This document shows positions 11,112 through 27,926 of a stretch of 64,000 nucleotides of DNA, piece after piece. Under the pieces are notes generated by a model. It was given only the letters and a program-made list of their open reading frames with translations. It was not told the origin of the DNA and made no database searches. Source of the stretch: Balanoglossus misakiensis (taxonomy: Eukaryota > Animalia > Hemichordata); NCBI GenBank assembly GCA_040954595.2, contig CM082582.2:6509963-6573962 (forward strand). The letters run 5' to 3'. A program made the translations under genes and the position numbers. Positions within the stretch are counted from its first letter, which is position 1. Each line of letters opens with the position of its first letter.

Positions 11112-11780
11112 ATGAACTCCTTCAGGCGAGATCAGGCAGGGAGACGAATTTGTATTAGGTGTGGATGCGTATTCGAACACTCGTTCGAGTACAACGAACA
11201 CCCGTGCGTCGCCAACCGAAACACCGGCAGCGTAGCTACCAGTACCGTGTCCGTCGCCGAGGCAGATCCAGCCCCACCCGCAGATTCCACACGGCGCCGA
11301 CCGTCAACACCCCAACCCGTCCGTCATGGTGATGTATTCGCCCCGATCGATTTCAATCGGGTGGAGAGAGTGGAGGATTCGCACACCCACCGCATATACT
11401 CCCATGGAGCAATCAAGGCGGAGACCAATACCAAGCGGGTCTACTATCTGCTGAATTCGACCACAGCATCAACGACAACGTCCGGTCCACCTGTGGAGCC
11501 GGGGACCGTTCTGCAGCTGCCGGCGGCAGCGACGCCGACCGTCTCCTCCTGCGCCCGTACAGTCGTCCTTCAGCAAAGGACCGACAAGCCACCTGCCAAC
11601 ACCCCGGGGACCCAGACCAAGAAGAGAAGGAGGGGAGCCCCATCAGCAAAGAAGGTAACTACCAGCCAGGCCAGAACCAGCACCGCCGGTCGACCCAGAC
11701 TACAGCTATTAGAGCTGAGTCCCGAAGATGAAGAGAATTTGAATCTGCCGCCGCGGACGCCGGGGAGAGACGACGAGTAA
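11112..11780 (+). CDS. Accessory ORF inside the retrotransposon (222 aa): N-terminal C-x2-C-x12-H-x-C zinc-finger-like motif and KKRRR putative NLS; not env-like
   Basis: ATG-initiated open frame between pol and the PPT; TATAAATA at 11031-11038 upstream; no signal peptide or transmembrane segment. Confidence 0.6.
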   Translation: MNSFRRDQAGRRICIRCGCVFEHSFEYNEHPCVANRNTGSVATSTVSVAEADPAPPADSTRRRPSTPQPVRHGDVFAPIDFNRVERVEDSHTHRIYSHGAIKAETNTKRVYYLLNSTTASTTTSGPPVEPGTVLQLPAAATPTVSSCARTVVLQQRTDKPPANTPGTQTKKRRRGAPSAKKVTTSQARTSTAGRPRLQLLELSPEDEENLNLPPRTPGRDDE

Positions 11781-11922
11781 CATTTTTGTATTGAACTCTT
11801 TTTCTTGAACATTTTCTGCATTTTTCTCATTGTAAAGCTGTACGGGGTGGGGTGTCCCTTCCCTTAGAAATATTTTTGCGATTCAACTTTTTCTTGTACA
11901 ATAGTCGGAACTTTATTGTCTT

Positions 11923-11931
11923 AGAGGGGGG
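11923..11931 (+). promoter_or_regulatory. Polypurine tract
   Basis: AGAGGGGGG ending 3 nt before the 3' LTR. Confidence 0.85.
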
Positions 11932-11934
11932 TAA

Positions 11935-12500
11935 TGTAGAGGTTTAACGAGGTCCATTTTACATTTCTGAATGCCTTTGCGGTTTTTGTAATTACTCAGC
12001 AGGCGCGGCACACGCGCCAAAACCGATTAGCCTGTTAGTACGCACGTTCAGTTTTCATTCAATGTTTGCCTTTGGTTGTCTAGCAACGACGATTTCGAGC
12101 GACAGCTGTCAATCATTTATTTAGCTACTTTTCTTGGCTTGAAGCCGACATGATATGTAGATTTTAGGTGCTTTCTCCGACGTCCGATATGCAAATTAGC
12201 TTTTCTGATTTTGAATCCGACCCGAGGGTATATAAGTAGCGATTCTCTTTAAAACGGGGTCGCTCAAGGGGTTTTTCTTATCGAGGCCACACCAGCAACA
12301 GCAAAGAAGGTACAGCTCTTCATTTTTTACGCAGTATTGTTGATAATTTTTCGTGTTCAGTTAATAAATACGCCACGTTGGCTTCTACACTTTATTATTT
12401 TGTCCTTGTGCGCTCTGTCACTCGGGTGTAAGGTCGTTACCCTTACTGATCACCTGACCAGTCTCAACGTAATAATAACGACGAAGGAAAAATCTCGACA
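11935..12500 (+). repeat. 3' LTR (566 bp)
   Basis: Identical by eye to 4135-4700; followed by the TSD CTAG. Confidence 0.98.
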
Positions 12501-12924
12501 CTAGTATGAACGCGAGCATTTCAAAACGATTTCATTTTTTTCCCTCGAGAATTGTATGAAACTGATCGTAACATTGCATTCAGTGTTTACTAACGGAAAG
12601 CAGTTGATTTTATTTGCATAAATCTACTTTTAAAAATAATACCGAAAAATTATTTGATGACCACGTGACTAGTTTGCAACTTATTTTATAACGAAATTGG
12701 CTAGAACAACTCTTGGATGCATACGAAGGCTTGTAATTTTACTAGTCATTGACAGTAGTGATGACGAAGGGGATTGAAAACAAATGGAAACGTTTCTTTT
12801 AACGGTAAATTCAACTGGAACTATTTTATCGCGTCAGCATATCTCCAGTTTCAATTTGCCGGCAAAAACACACAATGCGCCTTTGTACTTGGTGTGCCCA
12901 TCCGTATTACGAACAATTCTACTG

Positions 12925-12932
12925 TGACGTCA
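12925..12932. promoter_or_regulatory. CRE palindrome TGACGTCA upstream of kinase copy 1 (conserved at 16929-16936 in copy 2)
   Basis: Exact motif 144 bp before the predicted ATG in both copies. Confidence 0.4.
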
Positions 12933-13068
12933 TCGACACCGTTCGGTGACAAGTACAATCGCACCAGACCGTCACTGTGTTGTTTGTATTCCATGCGACA
13001 ACACAGCGTGCCGATATCGGTCACGAAAAAATCCAAAAATCCAGCAAAATTCTGAACAAAATTTCACA

Positions 13069-16529
<3,461 letters not shown>

Positions 16530-17072
16530 TGTCTTGAATTGTGATATTCAATAAAAAAACACTACTTACTCATACGTATGCTGGCAATTTTGCAGTTTTT
16601 GTTCCCCGAACAAGTGTGAGGGTGTTACATTGGCAGCAATTGCCAATTTTGGGGACAAATTTGCTACCGAAAAATTACGCTAGGTGACGCTTATATTTTA
16701 CCGAAATTGGCTAGAACAACTCTTGATGCATACGAAGGCTTGTAATTTTACTAGTCATTGACAGTGATGACGAAGGGGATTGAAAACAAATGAAAAAGTT
16801 TCTTTTAACGGTAAATTCAACAGGAACTATTTTATCGCGTCAGCATATCTCTAGTTTCAATTTGCCGGCAAAAACACAATGCGCCTTTGTACTTGGTGTG
16901 CCCATCTGTATCACGGACAATTCTACTGTGACGTCATCGACACCGTTCGGGTGACATGAACAATCGCACCTGAGCGTCACTGTGTTGTTCGTATTCCATG
17001 CGACACACAGCGTGCCGACATCGGTCATGAAAAAATCCAAAAATCCAGCAAAATTCTGAACAAAATTTCACA

Positions 17073-20000
17073 ATGTCTTTCCCTGCAGTCTTGTTATTGC
17101 TTCTTCCAGTATTCCTAACGTATTTCGGTAGGTAAAAGAATCGTTTGCATAGTTAAAACATGCAGTTTTCTCCCACCAACTGCGGTGACGCGTACGCGCA
17201 ACACTCAATTCGAAGTCGGTCGCATTCGATAAATTAATATCTTGCGTCAGTGTTAAAAGATGTATTTCCAACGTATCACACGTATTTCAATAGCATGTGA
17301 ATACTGTAAATAGGGTTATTTTCGCGAGCAAAACATTTTCGCGAAATACGCGAGAGCCAAAAAACACGTTAAACTAAAAGTATGTTGTAAGTGAAAAACG
17401 AGAACGCGAAACTTAATCCTCGCGTAACAGTTGCCTCTTTTGATATCGCGAAAATTTCCTGTCGCGAAAGTAACCCGTTTTACAGTATTACTATTTCGTG
17501 ATATCAAACTGTAGCGTGTAGAACTTCAGAGTTTATTTCGTCAATTGGATTCATAGACCCGGCTCTTGATACGATAGAGGAACTTAGCGATGAAGACGCG
17601 CGGAGCGGAGTGAATGGTTCGGTGAAATCTGGGAGACGCGGTGATGACACTGATAGCGATAACGTTTCGCAAGATAGTAGTGTCGCGTAAGTATATAGCT
17701 TTGAGAATAATATTAGTATGCATATGTCTGAACATTGCCACGTTGATTTCATTAAGTATCGACCAAAAGAATTCCGAAAGATGGTTAGCCACCCATCCAA
17801 GAATATATTAGGACGGAAAACTTGTTTTATCGAGACTGCGGCAGTTGAATGCTATGTTTTCGCTTTAATACAATGGCTGGGAATGACTATCTTCCTAAAT
17901 TGTGCTTATAAACACGCTTAGATCGAGCGAAGGTGGCGAAACTACATTGAGTTTCGAACAACCAAAGGTGAAGAAGAAACGTAACGTCGTTCGGCGTTTC
18001 TTCCATCGAATAAGAAAGCGAGTTTCTCGCTTTTTCGGCCGCTCACGCGCGGAGGGTCGCGAGGTATGTATCCGCAGGTTTGTGTGTTTGTGTTGGTGTG
18101 TGTGGAGAAAACCACAGAGAGAGATATATAGACCGACAGACATAGAGAGACACAGAGAGACAGACAAACACTGGGGACTCAGACAGAGACAGGCAGGCAG
18201 ACCCCGACACAAAATACACTGACAATAAGAAAAATGAAAAAAAAAAAACATTAAGAGGAATACTACCAAAAGTATTTGCCACAGTAATCTATTTGTCATG
18301 ACACATTTTATTTCTTCAGCAACCGGCTGAGGCTGAGGTCGAGGTGGATTCCGAGCCTAATGAACGAGAGGTGGTGGAGAAAAGTTCAAAGGCCAAATCC
18401 CGTAAAGGTTTGTCGAATATTGTAGTTATGATGTTATCTGTGCATTCTTCCAGTTAGGTATTTCTAGATGAAGTTATTTATAAAGGCAATGGAAAAATAT
18501 TAACTTGAAATAATAGAAATGTTGGTAACTCATGTTACAACTGTAACGTATAAAACACACAAATTGGTACGTGTAATGTATACCCATAATAATATAGTCC
18601 GTACTTAACTTCTGTACAGATTAATTTTTTGCGGAGAAATTAGGTACGTTTACCACAAAGTCATGTACATGCATAGACAACAGTAAGATTTACGCGCGCC
18701 TTTTATTTGATTTAGACGAAGCGAACAAAGACGAACTGTTCGTGGTGATGAACCTCAGTGACGGACATTACAACAACGTCGTCCTCGGATGCACCCGTAA
18801 GAACAAGCAACTGTATGCCGTGAAATACTTGAACTATGAAGACGAATCCCGTCACGTGGAGGGCGCTTCGGCTGAGATGGTGGAGAACGAAATCAAGATG
18901 ATGCAGTAAGGAGAATGATCTTTGTGCTTACTTTGTGGATGTTTTCTGAACTGAGAGCCTCGTCTCGCCAAGCGCCTCAAGTATAGGCACCTACACTTAT
19001 ATACAGAACATAATATAACGGAGAAATTAGATTATGAATTACTAGGCACTGACAAATATGCCAATAAGCATACTTGGTCTGTCTCAAACGTAACTCGAAA
19101 ATTTGAAAATCAATATCCAACAAAACGGCGTTCGCTTCTCTTGCAGAGCACTGAATGAGTTCAACAGTGAGCACATTATCCAGATGGTGACACTTTGCCG
19201 CCAGGGCGTCTTGCGCATACTTATCCTTGAGTACGTTCGAGGTATGGACTTGAAGGAGTTCACCACCAACTTCGGAGATGAAGTAAGTATATCTTCTGCC
19301 ATTAAACTGCATGTATAGTGAAACATAACATGCTTCGAGTGTCGGTAATACAAATATATTCTATACACAAAGCAAAGCAGAGAGTATGCGATTGTGTTGT
19401 GATCTGGGGGTAATGATGATGATGATGCGTTTTCTCTCTATCATGTAGGCACCCCTGGTTGTCAAGTATGACATCATGAAGAAGACGGCAGACGCTCTGG
19501 CCTCACTCCACGGTTTCGGTGTCATTCATAATGACTTCAAACTATCTAATGCCATGGTGAGTGAACAACAAATTGTTGCGCGTTTATACATCGTCCGAAT
19601 ACTTAATCCACCAACGATTTCAGGAAATTATTGACTCTTTTATAGCTATTTTGGGATATACCATGCGGAGTAGTATGTAAAAGCCAGCAAGTATACACGC
19701 ACTGGCTCGCGTTATTTTACATCATTTTCGTTTCGTTCAAATAAGTGAAAGAATCACGACATTCTTCCAAAGTACACAACCACTTCGTACTCATTTCATT
19801 CAAAATAGTTCAAATCGCGTTCAATTCTTCCTTGCAGTTGAAGCTTCCAGAGATGTCCGTGAAACTCATCGACTTCGCCTTCAGCTGCTTCGCCAACTCG
19901 CCGCAGTTCGAGTCGGCAGGGTCCATCCTCTACGCACCACCGGAGCTCTTCAGGGAGGAGGTCCCCGCGTGCGCAGCAGCCAAGGACGTCTGGGCTCTGG

Positions 20001-20287
20001 GATGCAGCATGGCGGAGATGGTCAACCAGGAGACGGCCTACAGCGAGATCCACACCGAGAAGGAGATCACGGATCAACTCATCGGGAAGATAGACAGAGG
20101 CGAGGACATCGTTCCGGAGAATATCTCCTTGTTGGAGGACGGGCCCTTCAAGGAAGTGTGCATGCGTTGTTGCGCCATGGAGCCGTCCGCTCGACCCAGC
20201 GCCAGCGAAGTCGCCAACCAGCTAGGGGATGTGCTGGCCGAGAGGATGGAAAGTCATCCGGAGGAATGCTCCTATAGACTTGCCTGA
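17073..20287 (+). CDS. Atypical protein kinase, copy 2; exons 17073-17127, 17515(or 17557)-17686, 17922-18063, 18320-18407, 18716-18905, 19147-19282, 19449-19556, 19838-20287
   Basis: Same exon structure and motifs as copy 1 (MSFPAVLLLLL..., YAVK, HNDFKLSN, DFA, YAPPE); intact frame; AATAAA at about 20308. Confidence 0.85.
17302..17487. mobile_element. MITE, paralogous copy in kinase copy 2 intron 1
   Basis: Same tactgtaaa...tttacagta termini as 13298-13487. Confidence 0.8.
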
Positions 20288-21162
20288 TGTCTTGAATTGT
20301 GATATTCAATAAAAATCACTACTTCCCAAAAAAGTATGCTGGCAATTTTGCAGTTTTTGTTCCCCGAACGAGTGTGAGGGTGTGTTACATTGGCAGCAAT
20401 TGCCAAATTTGAGACAAATTTGCTTCCGAAAATTTTCGCTAGGTGACTCTTTATCCCTTATTTTAGGCCTAAAGCTTATTCCAAAGTTGCCTTGAGCAAA
20501 ATGAGAAAAAGTTTAAGACTGATTTCCGCGGCGCATATAACCAATAACATTTGGGCCTATAGGTTATAACTAAACTCTTGATTCAAATAGGTTAGAAATA
20601 ACAAAATGCCTAAATGAAATCATATTAAAAACAGGTGTCATCAAAATAACGGTATCGGCCAAGTAAGCCTAACTTAAGTTTTTACAAGAAAGAAATTGCA
20701 GTCCTTGCAAAGACCCTTCATTCATTCAGGGTCCGTGATCAGAGTTCGATATCTGGCGTCAAACGACGACGTGATTACATTTGTGAAACATTTTAGTGTG
20801 AACTTTGCTCAAATCCGACTGACAAATTTCACAATCGCCTGACAGTCACATGAGCTCCGATATCGATAGGTCGACGCCCTTTTACCGTGCTTACATCATC
20901 CGCGTCGATCACGGAAAAGTGGTTCTAGCGACACGAGCTGTATGGTAGAACGTTTGCTTGCGACGAAGTAAAAACGATGTACCATAATTCTGAAAGATTC
21001 TTCAGATAAAACCCGGAGTTTCAAAAGTTACGTGTACTTTGTTCATCATGTGATGAGCAGAGACAATGCGGTAGAGTGCAAATATTTGTAGGTCACCGCA
21101 TGCGGGCGCTTTTTCAGAGAGGGGAGGACAACATTTTCAAGCCACGGGCACCTGCATTTACA

Positions 21163-22237
21163 ATGAATTACCGGCGTTTTGGAGCACTGTCCGTCATAAT
21201 GGGTAGGTTTTCCTACCCGTTCTTGTTCCTCCTGTCCATGTTCTGTTTGCGGTGTGATGCCGTTATACCACTTTCATCCCTGAAGCAGAGTCACGCACAC
21301 CGAGTCGAACTGGCTCTGACGCCTATAACAGAGGACAAGACCGTGATATCCCCAAGCTGTAAGAATGCCTTGCTGAACGTGTTCAGTAACAAGACCTCAG
21401 AACTATTTACAAGTAAGTATGGGATCAAAAACCTATTTTCGGTTGACACTAGTCGAATCATTAATCAAAACATACAGCTGGACATTAATGGATATCATAA
21501 TTATGTAAGGGATACAGTCAAAAGCGTGCACAGTTGCCATGAATACCGGAGGTCAAACGAGGCGAAGGCTTTCATTTGACAGCGGCACATAAGAAGTTTG
21601 CCGAACATAGACTATATTAGTCATTTGAAGACTCCATGCACCCTTTTTAATTCAGATTTAGCATAAATGTTGGTAAGGTGACAGTGTAAGGTGACTGTGT
21701 ACGTGAAGTTAAACGTTATCTCCAGATGTATTTATTCGACTCATCTTCTACCATTATGTTTGGTTATTTGATTTCTTTCTTTTCGAATTTTCAGTGGTTG
21801 ATGCCTCGGGTAAAATTAATTCAGGTTTCTCAGACGGTAACATGGCCTGGCTGGGTTCTTTTGAATTGTGCAGGAATACAAGTAATCTACAGTACTGCCA
21901 TACAACATTGCTGACTCATATACCAATGTACAATGCGGTAAGTGCAAATTCAGTGGACTGAAAGGAGTTAAAAAAAAGGACTAAACAAGAAAGGCAAATA
22001 AAAGAACAATAGGCCTGCCACAGTGCAGTTATGTACACGTCTCCAGTGAATGAATCATTTCCCTGCATAGAATGACCTGTCCTTCGACCTATTAACATAA
22101 AGACTCGTCATGTGACAAAGAATTATGTTGGCGTGAGTCATTATGTTGACACAGTGCTGAGTGCACGTCACAATACAAGGAAAGCAATGAGGAGTTTTGT
22201 GTATACAGTCTTGACACAGGCATTACCGAGAGAGTGT

Positions 22238-22268
<31 letters not shown>

Positions 22269-25200
22269 GGGCGTGTGGCTAAGTAGTGAACCACTGCATT
22301 CATTTGACGGGCCGAAAGTAATTCCTGGAAATGAATATGATCCAAAAAACAACATTACCATATGATATTCATTGATTGACATCAAATCGGAATCTTTACA
22401 AATTCAATATTTTTTTCGTACATTTTGCTTCTGTCACACCAGACTCTGCCAATCCAGTGGGGTTTGTGTACTGTGAGCGAGTGCAGTGACTATGATGTGG
22501 CCAACAGTATACGCTGGGTTGTTGATGGTAAGTTTATTGCTCGCTATGGATGACCAAGGCACAAATGGACATGACAAACGTAACATGTAGATCTCAAATG
22601 TGAAATCTCTGGCCTAAGGTCTCATTTTTACAACCAAATACTCTTACTTTTATTACTGTTTTTGTAAAAGATCACTTATGAAAATATAAGAACCTTTAGA
22701 TTTGTGATGATCATAGACTGATATTATCTGTTTACTTTTTTGCCAAATAGAAATTTTAGGACCAAACGTAATACAAATCCAGAATGGTGGAGTAGCCTGT
22801 GCTAAAGATCCCCCCAAACCATACAGTGTTGGTTATTTTGTCACAGTGTAAGTACCAGTGTACACCAATTGTCTTTGGGATGTACATTCATTAATCAAAT
22901 CATTTATCCAATATGCTTCCATAGAATACTGTATTATCAGAATATTTCATTCTGGTGATATTTTTTAAAAGTCACTAGTGTATAATCACTCCCCCCCCCC
23001 AAAAAAAAAAGAAAGGCTAAACAAAAACCCAACAACAACAACAAACCCACATTTGACCTGTTATAGCCAATTACACTTATGCTATGGTGTGGGGTCCCCA
23101 GTAGCAACTCTTACTTCTGATTGTTCATTATGCCTGCCCTGATTCAAGCACTTACTGGTACTTTGACTGTGAAAGAATGGACATGGATTGGACCAAATCT
23201 ATTTCTCAGAGAGGATATGCAGTAGTCCAGGACTAGGTCCTATTTGGATTTTCATCAATGTGAACAACACATATGGTGTCTTCTGAAGTCTTTGTGAATC
23301 ATAGGATCCCCATTTATGCAAGAGTTTGTTTCTCTTGCAGCGCCCTGTGTTGCTTCCTGGCATTGTTGATGCTACTCGGATGGTTTGTGGATATCTCCCT
23401 GCGCTACGCCGCCCGGCGCAAGAACGGACTGCCGCTGATCAGCAAGAAGAGTTACGGGGAAGACGGCGGGGACGACGAAACGGCGAAGCTGCTGTCCGGA
23501 GCGAACAGCATTCAGAATGGGGAACCACATGTACACTTTGCCAGTGTTGAAGAAGACACCAGTTAGTGTTCAGTTGGTTTTTGCATTGTTTTTGCTCGCA
23601 AACTAGGTTTTTGAACAAATTTGATGATTAATCCATTATATTGTGTCTCATCTTGTTTCCGAAACAGTAGTTATAAACAAAATGCCTGCAAAAAAGGAAC
23701 GCAATAATTAAGAAAAAAAAATGAAAATAATATGAACTGTATACCCAGACATTACCACTGTTGTATTCTTTCGTACACTACGCAGTTATTCTGTTGTTAT
23801 TTGGTAGGCAGAATTTATCGTGTATCAACTATTCAGTCAGGGTGACCTCTTTTTTTGTCCCCCTTTTCAGATTTCCTGCAGGAGTTCTTGCTGTGCTTTG
23901 CGTTCAACCGCAACCTGGCCAAGCTGATGGACACCTCGCAGCCCAAGAAGGCCATCCGCTGTCTGCATGGAATCCGCGTGCTCAGCATGCTGTGGGTCAT
24001 CCTGGGTCACACGTTCCTCTGGCATGCCATGGTTCCGCTAGGTGAGGATCATGTGAGAAAGGAAACCACGATCTTTCGTTTGTGGTGGTATCGAGTGCCC
24101 CAGAGGGCAGGCTTTATTTGTGGAGATGGTCAGGACTTCTGTTCTAAGCTCAATCCAATCATCTATCAGTTTAGATTAGTTCAAAGTACACGTCTCCCCA
24201 GAAGGTCCATTGGTAATACATTTGTATGTAGGGAACTTACTGTAATCAAAAACTGGTGCATCATACCGGTTCCAAGTACTGTACTATATGACATTTTTCT
24301 TTTCAAAAGTGTCCTCACTGGTCAAAAATCCATAATAGTTTCTGAAAAGGGGTGTCTTTTGTGAACAACATTGCAATTTTAGTATATGTATGTGACATGT
24401 TGTGAACTTTGACCTTTGACTGGTCATATTGCAGATAATTACTTGACTGGTTCTACCCTACTGAAAGATTTCACCTTCCAAGTTGTCAACAATGCCTTCT
24501 TTTCCGTGGATAGCTTCTTCTTTTTGAGGTGAGTGCTTGATGAGACTGCCAGTCATCTTTAAGAATGTTCAGTCGGGACCATCTTTGCATTAACCCTTGA
24601 CCCTCACTGGTGACCTATAACATCAGCCGTGACTGCCTAAAATCAGTGATGTGCGATTTGAACTGCTCAGAGTACATAGTGTAACCACATCTAGACAATG
24701 TTATTGACAGTGCTCTTTGTTTTCAGCGGGTTGTTGGTGACTTACTTAGCATGCGACACGTTGGACAGAACCAACGGAAAACTCCCGTGGATCAAGTTCT
24801 ATCTTCACAGATATTGGAGGTAAGGTGCTAGAGATGTCCAATGTTGAAATTTCTCTTTTGATGTAAAACTTACAGAAAATGACCCAGTCAAGCAAGCGAT
24901 TTCATGTGCATACAGTACAGGCCTTAGAATTTACTTTGTGTCAATAAAGCAAAGTATCTTCACGTTTTGAAGCTGAAGTTGCGAGGAGAGAGCAAGGATC
25001 TTAAACAGCAAGCTTAACCATTGCGTCCTTTTTTACAGATTGACACCCACGTTGGCGATGACTATTTTAATTTGGATGTTTATTCACCCTTGGATCGGTC
25101 AGGGTCCCCTGTGGTTTGGCATGCTGCCGAAACCCAACTGTGAACAGTACTGGTGGAGTACATTGCTGTACATCAATAATTTTGTCCCAAATTCTCTCGG

Positions 25201-27926
25201 GGAAGAGGTAAAGTGATTTTAAAATATTGCTTCTGTTTACGGGACTGGGCTTGTTTCGATCTCAATGTAACAGACTCTCAGCTTTCAGATCAGGAACCCC
25301 CTTTGTCCCCTCTCCCCCTCCCACTCAGTAAACTACCAACTTACTTGATGTCTTGCCAGGTAACTGTTTTTTTTTGCCCTTCATAGGTGTACTTGACAAC
25401 TGACTTTTAGAAAAAAAAAATAACATTTCATTTTACATGCATTTTGTATCTTGCAGTGTATAGGTTGGACTTGGTATCTGGCCAACGATTGGCAATTCTA
25501 TATCATTTCGCCACTGATAATCTTACCCCTGTTCAAGTGAGTTCACTTTTCATCTCTCCCAAGCAAGCAGTCTTCTGTCTGAGTCTGGTTCAGTAACCAC
25601 GTCAGTACTCCACTTCGGAGTGGTACATGGCACTTCTCAATTTGCCCTGACTTGTCCATTGTCAGATGATTTTCACTGCAGCCATCGTGAGAAAACGTCC
25701 TCACCTTTGTTATCTATCCATGCTCTTCGCAGGTCCACCGTGGTTGGTTTGGGAATTCTGTCGTTTCTGTTAGTGGCTTCGTTCGCGGCCACTGGTGCAA
25801 TAATGGGCCATTATGGCTTCCTTGTGGACTTCATCCAAACTCAGGGAACTACAGGAGCGTAAGTCATAAAAGTCAAGAATATTTGTTTTTGAAACGAAAT
25901 GGTACATGTTTTCTTTAGTCATTTAGTGATATTAGCGGATAATTTCTATGGTTCTGAAATGCCCAAGCAACTAGTCATGATGTTTTCCTGTTATTGTACT
26001 TACCTATGCAGAGAAAAACTTGGCCAGCTTACAAGCCAATCATCACTGAGGCTCATAGTACAATAGCCAATCGCAGCAGTGTATGATAATTAACTAAGCA
26101 AATGACTACCGGTACAAGGAATTGGCCTACATGTACCTGATACTGCCTGGGAATGTAGCATTTTCGCACTCTGAAATGTACATCATGCAGAATATACCAG
26201 ATGGACTACGGTATATACAAATCTGATGTCAGCCAATCAGTGGTCATTGTGCGATTATGGGCAGTGCAGGCGGCAAATGCATTGCAGTTCACACCGTGAA
26301 GATGGTTCAGATATTATTTCCTCAAAAAAAAAACATTGAAAAACTGATTTCTCTCCACAGCCTGAACAACAATGCAAATTACACAGATTATGTTTACATC
26401 AAACCCTACTGCCGCATTGCTCCGTACCTGGTTGGCATGGTGACGGGATACCTTCTGCAGCAGATGAGAACCAACAAAATCAGAATCTCGATTTCACCTG
26501 TAAGTAAACCAGGCTTTCCTTCTACCCTTTTTGTATTAATTTGGGAGGTTGAATGTGAAGTGGTGTACCAACCACAGAGATCGCCGTACCTACCTTAGAA
26601 ATCACTATGCCTATCATATGCAGTAGAACACAAAGCATAGAACCACCACCATATTTACCATACTTTACAAATTTGTTTCCACTGCTACAAATTTGTGACC
26701 AATTCACCGGCCTGCCAGATTTATAGACGAACACAAATTGCATGCTCTCATTTTCATTTCACTTGTCTCTCTATTCTGACTCTAGGTTTGGGCCGCACTG
26801 GCCTGGGCTGTGTCCACAGCCATTGGCATCTCTGTGGTCTACGGCCTGTACGGCACTGCGCACGGACACGAGTTAACTCAAGCTGGTAACATCATGTACG
26901 CCATGTTCAGTAGATTCGCCTGGGGTTTAGCCCTGGCGTGGGTTGTGTTTGCGTGTCAGCATGGACTTTCAGGTGAGGCTCTATCCAGTGCCATTATGGA
27001 CATCCATTTCTTGCTCGATCCAGATTTCACGATAGTTGTAACCTCATCATGAATATTCATCCCCCCCCCCCCCCCCTGTGTGTTTTCATGAAAGTCTGCC
27101 ACTCACAATTTTTCCTCAGAGTCTTGAAATCCGATAGTTACCAAGGAGTTTGTCGGCCATTTTGAATTTCTAATATGGTCAATTTGGTAACAGTTATACT
27201 TGTGGTCATCAGCTATATTTTTTTAATTTTTCACAAAATAATAGAGTTTATTTGCTATATGACCAGCATTGTGTTACTGATTACGTATTGATTGATGCTT
27301 TAGGAAATTCACTGTGAAAATCAAGTCGACCCAACCATCTAGTGAAAGCGACTTTTTTGACACGATTTCATCATCTCTGTACCTACAGGAGCTGTCAATG
27401 ATATATTGTCTTGGAGTTTCTGGATCCCATTGAGTCGTCTGACATACACAGCGTATCTTTTACATCCCTTGGTCTTAAACTTCATGGTATTCCAGTTTGC
27501 CTCGCCAGCTCACTTCAAAACCAACATAATCGTAAGTTTTTACCTCTCAGTACTTCCTTCTCAATACTCACTACTTTCTGTGTATGTTGTGGCGAGTATT
27601 TTGGATGCAGATAACATATGCGGCAGTGTTTCACTACCAACATCCTTTTGACCATGTATTTAGCAACCTTATAATTATGATAGTGTGTTTGTAATGTAAT
27701 GTTAGGTTTAAACTGTCTGTGTGTTCACACCATGCAATGTGCTGCAGTGGATAGAGTAAGTGCAGCAATTTTGCAATTATTACAAGATAACAATATTTAC
27801 AATTGTCTCTCCAGGCCTTCAATTTTGTTGGTGTTGCTGTTGTCTCCTACGCAGTTGGTCTCCTCTTGTCCATGGCGGTGGAATTTCCGACAGCGAATCT
27901 GGAAAAATTCCTGGAAAAGAGGATAA
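21163..27926 (+). CDS. Nose-resistant-to-fluoxetine-6 / O-acyltransferase-like protein (NRF domain + acyltransferase-3); about 15 exons (21163-21412, 21795-21937, 22443-22527, 22751-22847, 23341-~23561, 23871-24040, 24435-24528, 24727-24819, 25039-25207, 25457-25536, 25733-25858, 26361-26499, 26786-26972, 27389-27531, 27815-27926)
   Basis: Signal-like N-terminus; NRF motif VDASGK..SG..DGN..WLGSFELC; CLHGIRVLSMLWVILGH; VDSFFFLSGLLV; RYWRLTP; WTWYLANDWQFY; YIKPYCR; LSRLTYTAYLLH; VEFP. The start could be 21163 or 21199. Confidence 0.92.
22233..22271. repeat. Intronic (GT)n plus poly-G run
   Basis: gtgtgtgt...ggggggggg. Confidence 0.85.

Larger units (their letters stand above)
4135..12500 (+). 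mobile_element. Full-length Ty3/Gypsy LTR retrotransposon (8366 bp)
   Basis: TG...CA LTRs at 4135-4700 and 11935-12500; 4-bp TSD CTAG at 4131-4134 and 12501-12504; PBS, PPT, gag, and pol in PR-RT-RH-IN order. Confidence 0.98.

Noticed and set aside
11112-11780. env gene interpretation of the third ORF
   Set aside because: It is too short and has no signal peptide, fusion peptide or transmembrane anchor.
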